From Octopus bimaculoides (Eukaryota): a stretch of DNA of 64,000 bases. The translations under genes were made by a program, and so were the position numbers. The stretch's first letter is position 1. The number at the start of each line of letters is the position of its first letter. Location: assembly GCF_001194135.2 (NCBI RefSeq), contig NC_068998.1, forward strand, positions 7,496,838 to 7,560,837, in the 5' to 3' direction. Positions 27,003 to 38,986 of this stretch are shown one piece after another. Below the pieces are notes generated by a model. That model had not been told where the DNA came from, ran no database searches, and saw only the letters and a list, made by a program, of their open reading frames with translations.

Positions 27003-27207
27003 CTGTTGTACATCACTGGTCACAATGCACTTCCAATTCTGTCTTGATTGCACCATTCTTTTCCATCTTGACCCAAATTGCTTAACTAAATCAACTTTCC
27101 ACTGTCATGGAGGCCTTCTAAATGGCATTTTCTGATCTCTTGGTCACCACTCAGTAACTGCACGGGCCCACCTGTTGTCTGTGAGGCTTTTGATATATCT
27201 GGCCCTT
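27003..27207 (-). mobile_element. RTE-clade LINE, degraded C-terminal ORF fragment
   Basis: Minus strand reads ARYIKSLTDNRWARAVTEW*PRDQKMPFRRPP*QWKVDLVKQFGSRWKRMVQSRQNWK, matching the RTE C-terminal motif WAGH...DNRW......W.PR..KR..GRP..RW.DD.......W...AQ.R..W. Confidence 0.85.
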
Positions 27208-27534
27208 TGGAACTCATAGATGCATGTATGCATGTGTATGTGTGTGCGTTTGTGTCTCCTAGTTTTGACTCAGTGCAACAATTGTAAACAAATGTCACCT
27301 TTATACAAAGACATTGTTTGTTTACAATCTTCCATAAAAACATGTCTGGTCATAGAAAATTTGCCCCAACAAATTCTGTCTGACCTATGCAAGCATGCAT
27401 CAGATGTGAATGTTAAAACGATGATAATGCTTGATGCATTCGGCATGAAATGACTAGCAACATCTTTTTTTTTTACGAAGGGCCACAAACATCTATGTGT
27501 AGTCTCAGAAAAGGGATTTTTTAACGTGAGGAAG

Positions 27535-27820
27535 ACTGGCAGTTGCCCATACATACAAGTCCGTCTCTCTCTACACCATCAAATGTTGTCCAATGGAAAA
27601 GCCAGTTCTAGGGTTGATACATGTTGACACTATAATCATTGCAGGGATTATTGTCGGAATGCATAATTCAAACCAACTCAACCCCCAACTCCACTCACAA
27701 GGAATTGATCAGCTTGAGACTTATAGCAGGACACACTTGTCAAAGGTGTTACACAGGTGAACCAAACCCATCAACACATGATTGGTTGCAGAAGCCAGCT
27801 TCAAACCATGCAGCCACAAG
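27535..27820 (-). mobile_element. Two diverged SINE fragments (family B body and family C head)
   Basis: 27535-27630 is the reverse complement of 5013-5100. 27685-27820 CCACTCACAAGG...CCATGCAGCCAC is a reversed family C head. Confidence 0.65.
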
Positions 27821-28609
27821 AAATAACTAACTTATTATTTCTGTTGATATTAAGAAACAGGATATAACAGAAAATTGAAATGTAGTATTGAAAATAAAAC
27901 AAAAGAGCGAAAGTAACAGAACAACATGGCTTTCTCTTTAGCAATTGTTTTTATACTTTTCTTTAGTTTCTTTTATTTTACAGAACATGTGATAACAAAG
28001 AAATGTATGTAAAATGATTCTTAGAGAATATAGATGGTTATATAAATAATATAAATACTAATAATATAAATAATAAACTATAACTAAAATTTATTCATTT
28101 AAAATAGTTTATTTATTTTAAAAGTTATCAAGAATGCAAAGCATATGACAACAAGAGAAAATACTGAGATATTAATATTTCAGATTACGTGCAACTGCTT
28201 TCAAGAAATTCATGTTTTTTTTTTAATTCAAAATTGTAATTGTGTATCTTATTCCTAAAGTGCTATATGATATCTCTGCATTTCTTCATTTAGTTCGTTG
28301 TTTTCTCGAAGTTTACTTGTGGTGAATATATTCTTCAGTACAGAAATATGTGACATTTGCTAGATAAGTTTCTTATTGTTATCACTCGTAAATCCTTGGA
28401 ATACATTTATATTACATATTGAAGAAAATCAGCTCAAAAACACAATGTGAATCATTCGCAGCGTTAATTAGTCAACTACTCCACATCATGTGTTGAGTAA
28501 AAACTGCATTTTTCATGATTACAGCTTGAAGAGAAACTAAAACATTAATAAACTGAAGCAAAATGACAGACTGAAATAAAATGGATGATATTCTGACTTG
28601 AGTGCTGGT

Positions 28610-29100
28610 AAGGAATTGACTGGTGACAAATTGACCAACATAGAATTATTGGGTAATAAATTGACTATTATCTGGATTATCTGGTGAAGAATTGACTGTC
28701 AATGATTATCTAAACACAGATTATCTGGTGAGTAATTGGTTGAGAATGGATTATCTGATAATGAATTAACTGAAAACCAATTAAATTATCTGGCACCAAA
28801 TTGACCCAGAATTGTTTGACTGATAACAAATTATGATGTAGCAAATTGACAAACAATTGGTTAGCTGGCCTGGGTGGTGTGATGTATTCTCAAGCAAAAC
28901 ATTTTGTTTTATGCCATTCCACTCCACTTGGCTGAAAATGATTACTCCTGCAATGGACTGGTGTTCCGTCCAGAAGGGATGTTCTGATCTCAATATTGAA
29001 ACTGCATAACTGGCCCTATAAGTCGAAGGACTTGAGACAGTTACGTCCAGGCTTGCTGAATAATAATAAAATTGACTGATGAGAAATTATCTGGTGATGA
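28610..29100. repeat. Degenerate short-motif array (AATTGAC / ATTATCTGGTGA) interrupted by a SINE fragment
   Basis: More than 10 occurrences of aattgac/aattaac and attatctg(g/a) in 28610-28860, and again at 29068-29100. 28880-29050 carries the SINE motif GCAATGGACTGGTGTTCCGTCCAG. Confidence 0.6.
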
Positions 29101-29465
29101 AGAGCTCAACAACAGTTTAAACTCTTAACCGATTATGGCATTGAAGATGGTGAAAATAATAATTATGAAGCTGGTGGTAATGACAATAATGGTGATTACA
29201 ATAATTGCAATGATAAATGTGTTAGCATGTTTCTGTTGATTATCCCACAAGATAGTTATGGAAGAGTCAAGCTGAAACCAAAGTTCAAATTTTGTAATCA
29301 GAGCAGGTTAATAATGTAAACCTTATCAATATCACAAACATACCCAGTGTTCAGGTTAAATTTGATAGTTTGCAGAAGAGGAAAACACAATATTTCATTC
29401 AAAAATAAAAGTATTCTTGAAAAAAATCAAAAAATATCAACTAGATTATAGCTGGGAGATAACAG

Positions 29466-29755
29466 TTTATTCAAATAGATGCTCTCAGCTTCCTTCACAG
29501 CCACAAGATGGCTTTAGATCCTGGTATATGCTTTCTTCACTGTGTGTCTGGGAAGATTTTCGAACACATCTTTGACCTTAGCCACAAGCTCGGCCTTGTT
29601 GCTGCAGGCAGAGTGGCTAGTGCTTTGTCAACTGTGCCCCCCACCCGTGATAATCCACGGGATTGCAATTAGGGCAATTAGAGGCAAGAGACTAGGGGCT
29701 GGTGAAATGGAAATTCTCCGACTACCACTTCTCACTCTTTCTGGAAGTAAGCAAA
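29466..29755 (-). mobile_element. Tc1/mariner-superfamily (maT/DD37D-like) transposase, degraded C-terminal fragment
   Basis: With frameshifts the minus strand reads SNCPNCNPVDYHGWG (cf. PPNSPDCNP.DYYVWG)...SHSACSNKAELVAKVKDVFENLPRHTVKKAYTRI*SHLVAVKEAESIY (cf. FR.RLEAV..A.GGYFE). Confidence 0.8.
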
Positions 29756-29756
<1 letters not shown>

Positions 29757-29797
<41 letters not shown>

Positions 29798-29866
29798 AAA
29801 GATATAATGCTGATATAACACTGCTGCTGATGATGATATCAAAGATGATAACAATGATGATGATGG

Positions 29867-29924
<58 letters not shown>

Positions 29925-30052
29925 AACAAAGACAATGATAAAGATGATGGTGACGATGATATCAAAGATGATGATAACGATGATGACGATGATGGTGATG
30001 ATGATTATATCAAAGATGATGACAATAACGATGAAGACGATGATGATGATGC
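29757..30052. repeat. Compound (GAT)n array with higher-order ATCAAAGATGAT units
   Basis: ATCAAAGATGAT...AAC...GATGGTGAT recurs at ~29838, ~29961 and ~30009. Confidence 0.9.
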
Positions 30053-30669
30053 GTACATATATCCTACAAGCTGTTTGAACACAGAGAACAGAAATTTTAC
30101 ATATAACGTTTCAACAAAGAAATTTCAAAAAAAAAAAAAGAAAAAAAAGAATCTGCCTTGGCATTTTCTTTTCAGGTTTTGTAAATGTGAACACAATATA
30201 CAGACAACCTGTATTGAATTAAGTTTTAACAGTTTTTTTGTTACTAAGTGTAATATAAGTACGAATAACAGAAACCAACATATTTAAATCTCCTCATTCA
30301 ATTCTTTTAATCCTGTCCATATTTGTTTAACTTTACTGTTTATATACACTTCACTACAATGACTTGCAATAAGCATGTGTATGTGTGTGTGTGTATATAT
30401 ATACACACAAAGTACAAGAGAGAGGAAGTTATTCCATTAAAAGTTATATATATTTATATATATATTTATATATATCTACAACTGTTTGCTATAAGTGAGT
30501 ATTTGTAAGTGTGTTTATATATATACATTGATATATATATNNNNNNNNNNNNNNNNNNNNNNNAAGGAGAGAGAAGGAGAGCAAATAATTCCATTGAAAG
30601 TTCTATGTATTTATATCTCCACATGCATATGTACATACATAAATATATATGTGTGTATATACATAAATA

Positions 30670-30726
<57 letters not shown>

Positions 30727-31150
30727 CTGTGTGTATATATATGTGAATATATATCTATGTGTGCATATATATATAAATATGCATCTATGTGTATACAAGT
30801 ATGTGTATATGTGTACATATATGTGTGTCTGTGTCTGTGTGTGTGCATGTAGGTGTAGGTGTATGCATGTGTATGTTCATATTAGGAAAAAGGTAAATAG
30901 AAATAATGGAAGAAGATTTGAGAAACACAGAACCAAAAGTTTATTTGAATTTGCTGATATTTAGATAGGATTGTGATTACATTACTCTTCAGATTTGAGT
31001 TTTGCTTTATTTCTATATAATATGTTTTCCGTTTAGTGATGCGGAAATTTGAGGCAGGGGAGCGATGACTAGATAAACACATGAATATGTGTGTGTGCGT
31101 GTGTGTGTGTATGAGAGTATATGCAAGAATATATATATATATCTATTTGC

Positions 31151-31190
<40 letters not shown>

Positions 31191-32693
31191 ATACATATAT
31201 ATATTTATATATATATATATATCTATACATATATATATATATTTATATATATATATATCTATACATATATATAAATGTGTTCGTGTGTGTATATGCAGGG
31301 TTGATTAAAAAGGTACCAGTTGCATACTGAGGTCGATGTAATGAAGTAGTTCCTCTTGCAAAATTTCAGGCCTTTTGCCTATAGTAGATAAGATTATTCT
31401 TTTCTACTCTAGGCACAAGGCTTGAAATTTGGGGGGAGTGGCCAGTCGATTACATGCAAATAGATATATATATATATTCTTGCATATACTCTCATACACA
31501 CACACACGCACACACACATATTCATGTGTTTATCTAGTCATCGCTCCCCTGCAACTGGCACTTAATCTATTGACCCCTGAAAGAATGAAAGGCAAAGTCA
31601 ACTTTGGTGGAACTTGAACTCAGAATGTAAAGACAGATAAAATACTGCTAAGCATTTTGCCTGCCGTGCTAACGTTTCTGCCAGCTCACAGCCCTTAGTA
31701 GATATGGTTATTGGTTTGGTAAAAGTGCTCCTGAAATAGTAAGACTTCAACAACTTCTGGGACTCTAAAGAGTAATGAACAAACATGAAATCTTATTGCT
31801 GCTGCAGGAGAGTAAGATGCAGACAGTAAGTGGTGCAAGATGGTAGTGGCATGGGTTGTGAGGTCTTTGGAGTACAGCAAAGATATGAATGAAATGATGA
31901 TGTTGATGATGATGATGATAATGATGATGATGATAATGATGATGATGATAATGATGATGATGATATTGATGATGATGATATATACACATACATACATATA
32001 TAATTACAGATACACACACACATACAACTATGTTAGGTGTGCAATTTAAATGCGAAACTATTTGCCATGCTAATTGTTTAATACATATTCATTTTGTCTG
32101 AGGAGATATGAAGAATTAGATAGAATGGCAGGCACTGTGTAATTGTTCATATTTTTCTTAAATGAATTAGCAATTAAAATAAGTAAAGTAAAATAGCTGC
32201 CAGTAGGAATTGAAACCAAACCATATTACTCCACATCCCTACCCATTAACTCATAGAATTTCCTTGTATTCTGCAAAAATGCTAAACTTTTAATCAATAA
32301 AAACAATTCAAATGGATATAGTAACTAAACAGATAGCTATCTCAATAGATTAGTTTCCATGGAACATAGACATTTATTCATTTAGCATGGAACTGAAGGT
32401 GCATTTCACACCTTTTCTCGTGATTATAGGAATAAATATTGGACAATTTATTTCATACACTTCCTCTTCACGCTTTCTCTTATGCTTCAAGGGATCAATA
32501 CTTGACCAACTTATTTTGATTCAGGTGTAAAACGACATACATGTAGAGTCTGTATCAAGAGAAGCTGCTTTTTTTTTTGTGGTAGATCATAAAAGTTTAT
32601 TCCATATTAGCTGATGAGACCCAAAATGTTTGAAACCAGTGCGTGTCTCACAGTTTTCTGGCTGTTCTGTCTTGCATTCATAATGCTTACAAA

Positions 32694-33113
32694 CTTTACT
32701 TTTTTACTCTTTTACTCTTTTACTTGTTTCAGTCATTTGACTGCGGCCGTGCTGGAGCACCGCCTTTATAATCAAGCAAATCGACCCCAGAGCTTATTCC
32801 TTGTAAACATAGTACTTATTCTACCGGTCTCTTTTGCCGAACTGCTAAGTTACAGGGTCGCAAACGCACCAGCATCGGTTGTGAAGCAATGCTGGGGGGG
32901 GGGCGAACAGAAACTCAAACATATACACACACATACATACATATATATATATATGATGGGCTTCTTCCAGTTTCCATCTACCAAATCCACTCACAAGGCT
33001 TTGGTCGGCCCGAGGCAATAGTTGAAGACATTTACCCAAGGTGCCATGCAGTGGGACTGAACCTGGGACCATGTGGTCAGTAAGCAAGCTACTTACCACA
33101 CAGCCACTCCTGC
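32694..33113 (-). mobile_element. Full-length SINE family C (~420 bp) with internal (CA)/(TA) microsatellite
   Basis: tRNA-like head at 33050-33113, core at 32955-33050, central (CA/TA)n, and a 3' tail ending in (AAGAGTA)n repeats on the minus strand. Confidence 0.9.
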
Positions 33114-34231
33114 TGTTTTTTATTTTGTATATCTTATACAGAAATGTAAATTATTATGTCACTTTCTCGATGAACTAAGGTGAAGGTGACACATATAAAG
33201 AGGTTTGTATCATAAAATTGAGTTTTTGCTGCAACATTGAATGTTGCTTGCTTGTGCATTTGGTAAAATTGTTGTTCAGGATTTGATAGTTTATAGAATA
33301 TTTCTACTGATAACAATCACAAGTGATCAATACTAATGCAGACAAATTTTCAATACTCTCAGGTTCTGGTTGATGAAAGCCAAAATATTTGAAGCAACTA
33401 ACTAGTTCACCATTCCCTAGTTATTCCTTCTGGCTTTCGCAAAAATTCTTATGCAGCATCGCAAGGTACATTTATTTTATTTATCCACTATCAGAAGCCG
33501 TATAATCCTGTGTCAGAAGCCATAATGAAGTTACAGAATTTTTGTTCCATGAATGACATTTAATGAAACATAAAAAGTTGGTTCTTTATATTTTCTTTTC
33601 ATCATTCATAATATAATTTTTTTGTTGTTGTTGTAAAATGTCTGAACTGACACCAAATAAAAGAACATTGATAATCCAACATTCACACAAGCAGACTTTC
33701 TTATCAAGTAAACACTTGGTTGATGAGGCCCAAAATGTATGAAAACAGATCACCGTCTTACAATTCCAATTCACCATTCTTTCTTGTTCTCATCAAAATT
33801 CTTCAAACTTTTCATGGTTACATTCTGTTTTTAATCTGACACTAAATCACAAGCCATAACATTGTAATAGTGATATATCACAACAGAAATAGTGTTGTAA
33901 AATTATTCTTTGCAAGAGCTGATAGTAGTAATTACCTTTGATAGATTAAAATTTGATTAGAAAACTAAAAGTTAATTAACACTTCTCAGCTACTACAGTT
34001 AATGGAGTGCATGTATGAATGCATATATTTGTAAGTGCAGTATCTGTATGTGTTTGGATCTGTTTGCAGATGTAGAAATGTACACGAGCTAAGCGAGTGT
34101 GTATGTGTGTATGTATATATGTGTGTATGCATATGTACACACATGTATGTGTATGTGCACATGAGTGTGTTTGTGTGTATGTGTGTATATGTGTATATGT
34201 GTGCATGAGTATGTATATACATATATTTCTG

Positions 34232-34273
<42 letters not shown>

Positions 34274-34613
34274 NNNNNNNNNNNNNNNNNNNNNNNNNNN
34301 NNNNNNNNNNNNNNNNNNNNNNNNNNNNNNNNNNNNNNNNNNNNNNNNNNNNNNNNNNNNNNNNNNNNNNNNNNNNNNNNNNNNNNNNNNNNNNNNNNNN
34401 NNNNNNNNNNNNNNNNNNNNNNNNNNNNNNNNNNNNNNNNNNNNNNNNNNNNNNNNNNNNNNNNNNNNNNNNNNNNNNNNNNNNNNNNNNNNNNNNNNNN
34501 NNNNNNNNNNNNNNNNNNNNNNNNNNNNNNNNNNNNNNNNNNNNNNNNNNNNNNNNNNNNNNNNNNNNNNNNNNNNNNNNNNNNNNNNNNNNNNNNNNNN
34601 NNNNNNNNNNNNN

Positions 34614-34644
<31 letters not shown>

Positions 34645-34796
34645 TATACACACACACAAATAGAGAGTGAGACAGGAAACAGACAGACTGAGAGACAGAC
34701 AGACTGAGAGACAGACAGATGGAGAGATACTGAGAAATAATTGTTACTGTTTGAGTATGAATGTGTGCCAATAGCTATGTGTGTGTGTAGGCATAT

Positions 34797-34833
<37 letters not shown>

Positions 34834-36256
34834 CTGGATGAATGTGGCTGTTGTTAAGAGATAGCAATATATTTTACATACCCCAATTAACCCTCTCTTA
34901 TCAACTTGTTTATATAAATCAACAACTCTCCACATTAATGGAAATTTTAGTGAGACAATTAAAGCAAATACATAAAACACACACACACACTGAGACACGC
35001 ACAGACACATACATACACATATAGACACACACGTGTGTATACACATACACACAGAGTCTATATCAAGAAACAATAGATGCAATACTGGAACAACAACTCA
35101 GTGCCTAACGAAATATAAAGTTTAATAGAGTTGGAAATGAGATTGCATGCACAATATATATGCACACGTGTGTGTGAGTGTGTGTGTGTATGCATGTGTG
35201 TGTGCGTGTGTGTTTGCGTTCACAAGCATATGTCTGTGTATGCATCCATGTGCATGAGTCCATGTGTGAGTGTGTATGCATGTGCATGCATGTATGTGTG
35301 CATGTGAATGTGTATGTATGTGTGTGTGCAGGAACATATGTCTGTGTANNNNNNNNNNNNNNNNNNNNNNNNNNNNNNNNNNNNNNNNNNNNNNNNNNNN
35401 NNNNNNNNNNNNNNNNNNNNNNNNNNNNNNNNNNNGTGTGTGTGTGTGTGTGTGTGTGTGTGATTCAACAGATAAAGATTCGAGTTATTTTATTATTAAA
35501 AAAAAAAATCAAAAGAAAAGAAAAAAAAATGTCAAAACATAATAACAGATAATACATGAATTAACTGCTAAGTGAGTCTGTTTAATCTTTTTATTTTTGT
35601 TCCAAATTGATGCTTATGATGTCTAATATGATTTACAGATGATAAATTTTCAATTGATTAGTTTTTCATATATTACTGGTATTCATTTCATAGTATTTTT
35701 TTTTATACTTTTCATACATATGTACGTTCATACATACACACATATATGCATACATGTGTTCATTCTCATTTTTCTTTTTAATTTAGAGTTATTACTAACC
35801 TTGCTTGTTAGCGAGGTTATAAAAGAAAGCATCTTCTTTTGTTCTTCATCTTTTGGCTCTTCAGCAGGTCTGGTGCATTATTGTTCCAGGTATCACAATG
35901 CTCTCTATCATAAGAAATAAGGAGTTGCATTCTCTCCCACTGTTATGTCTCAATGCTTCTGCTATCTAGCACCTTTGGCTGGTCTCTACTCAACTGCTAC
36001 ACAACTGCTACTTGACTGCTACTCAACACTCCTACCACGGCCAGACTACCTTTATTTATATGTCTTGGGAGATCCTACTTCTTCGCCTGCAGGTGTCAAT
36101 ACAACACCCACCAAGAACCCAAGCTCAGCCATATTTTGCTCCAGGCAGGCGAGAACATATCCAGCCACTCCAATAAAAATATGTGTATCGAAGCCCAGTA
36201 TACCCATCATGATAAGGGAACACCAGGCACATGCATCACAACCATATGTGCGTGAC

Positions 36257-36303
36257 TATTATTATTATTATCATTATTATTATTATCATTATTATTATCA
36301 TTG

Positions 36304-36358
<55 letters not shown>

Positions 36359-36380
36359 TATTAGTATTATTATTATCATT
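36257..36380. repeat. (ATT)n microsatellite
   Basis: Read directly. Similar arrays at 38810-39055 and (AAT)n at 43385-43489. Confidence 0.95.
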
Positions 36381-38870
36381 ATGGTAGTGAGCTGGCAGAA
36401 TCCCTTAGTGACATTTTTTCTGACTCTTTACATTCTCAGATCAAACACCACTAATGCTGGTACTTCTCATCGTTTGCTTTCCTTATTTTGAGGGTCAATA
36501 AACTAATGTGCCCCAGTTGAGTTATGATTTGATTCTAATTGATTACACCCTCCATTCAAAGTTACTGGCCTTATGCCAATATTAGAATAAATTATTATTA
36601 TTATTATCATCATCATCAGTCTTCAATGCTGGCAGTAGTAGCCATCAATGTCTAGTGACGGAACCTCAGAGGGTTAAATCTAAAAATTTTCTTTTCCTGT
36701 AATATTGTTAGAATAAGAAAAAAAAAACTCATCATGAATGATATGTGACAGCCAACATATTGATCAACCTACACAAATGGGAATATATATATATATAAAG
36801 AGAGAGAGAGAGAGAGACACACACACACACTGTCTGGTGTAGGGTTTTTTGTATGTTATTATTTTTCGGAATATTTATAGATATGTTTTTGTTTATGTAT
36901 TAGAACTTTTGTTTATTTATTTATTTTTGTAACCATTCTATGGAAATTAACAGAAATTAGTTTGCTCAATGAGATTTTAATTGCTTGTCACAAAAAATTC
37001 ACTTCTCTCAGTGTTCTTGAGCATGAATGTGTATATGTGTGTATATACATAGATATACATATGTGTGTCTATGTTTGTGTATGGCAGTATTCTGTTTGTG
37101 AAAATGACTGTCAGTGCATACTTAATTAACTATTGCCTTTGTCTCTCTCTCTCTCTCTTTCTCCATGGGTTGATCTGTGGTTCTCTATTTGTGTGTATAT
37201 CTCAATGCATATATTTAAGTATGTATGCATGTATGTATGTATTTACGTATGGATATATGTATGTTTCTGTTGGGATATTTAAGTGTTTGCTTCTGTTAAT
37301 GTGTGTTCACAAGTGTGTGCGTATAAATCACATACACACATATAAATATATATACATATGTGTATATATATATATATATATATATNNNNNNNNNNNNNNN
37401 NNNNNNNNNNNNNNNNNNNNNNNNNNNNNNNNNNNNNNNNNNNNNNNNNNNNNNNNNNNNNNNNNNNNNNNNNNNNNNNNNNNNNNNNNNNNNNNNNNNN
37501 NNNNNNNNNNNNNNNNNNNNNNNNNNNNNNNNNNNNNNNNNNNNNNNNNNNNNNNNNNNNNNNNNNNNNNNNNNNNNNNNNNNNNNNNNNNNNNNNNNNN
37601 NNNNNNNNNNNNNNNNNNNNNNNNNNNNNNNNNNNNNNNNNNNNNNNNNNNNNNNNNNNNNNNNNNNNNNNNNNNNNNNNNNNNNNNNNNNNNNNNNNNN
37701 NNNNNNNNNNNNNNNNNNNNNNNNNNNNNNNNNNNNNNNNNNNNNNNNNNNNNNNNNNNNNNNNNNNNNNNNNNNNNNNNNNNNNNNNNNNNNNNNNNNN
37801 NNNNNNNNNNNNNNNNNNNNNNNNNNNNNNNNNNNNNNNNNNNNNNNNGAAAATAACACTGACATCTCATTTCTACAGATATTTTTACTAAAATTACATA
37901 AAAATATCTATCTATCTATCTATCTATGTGTATGTGTATAAATATGAATGTATATTATGTATGTATGTATGCATGCGTGTATGTGCATATGTATTTAAGT
38001 ATGGATGTATATATGTACGTCCATCAGTCTGTTAGCATGTGCATTCACAACTGTATGTTATATAAATTATATCTATCTATGTATCTATCTATCTATCTAT
38101 CTATCTATGTGTGTGTGTATAAATATAAATGTATATTATATATGTATGCATGCATGTATACACATATGTATATAAATATGGATGCATATATATATGTCCA
38201 ACTGTCTGTGATTGTGTGTCTTCTTTGGCCGTTGTTTTATTTTTGTTTGATAGAAGTGTTCTGTTTTGGTCTTTTTCCTGTCTTCCACTTGTTTTTTACC
38301 TTAAGTTCTGTCTGCATTGGATTTTTTTTCCTCCTCTTCACCATTCCGTTGCTTATCTACTTAAAGTTGTACCTGTATCAATAAACTTTTATAACTTCCA
38401 ATTAATTATTTCAAAATAAACAAACACAGTGAAATCCTACCACTATACACTAAGACTTTTACAACATTTCTCAATAGCTACTTCAAGATGGCTATATTAG
38501 ATTTTTAATAACATTCTTTATAAAGGACAAAAAAATAAAAATTATGAAAAAAAAATACAAAGAAAGAAAAAAGAATTAAATCAATGAATTTATAAATAAA
38601 TAGATAAATCTGATTTTTTAAAAAAAATACCATTTGCCAAAAAAAAAACCAAAGAAAAATCTAAGAATTGATACATTTCTAAGACTGCTTTCATTTTAAT
38701 TTAAATTTTAAAATGTTTTATTTATTTATTTATTTATAATTATTATTTTTTTTATCATCATCCTCATCATCATCATCGTCGTCATCGTCGTCATCATCAT
38801 CATCATTATCATTAATTATTATTATTNNNNNNNNNNGTCATCGTCGTCATCATCATCATCATTATCATTA

Positions 38871-38930
<60 letters not shown>

Positions 38931-38931
38931 G

Positions 38932-38986
<55 letters not shown>

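Noticed and set aside
32524-32590. TTCAG|GTGTAAAACG... reading (G)VKRHTCRVCIKRS, reminiscent of a C2H2 zinc-finger start
   Set aside because: The F/L/His residues do not follow, the frame hits a T-run and a stop, and there are no neighbouring fingers.
552-37941. Many long ORFs in the supplied track (poly-[13 protein letters not shown], poly-M/I/L/S/E)
   Set aside because: They are artefacts of N-gaps and of di- and trinucleotide microsatellites that lack stop codons.
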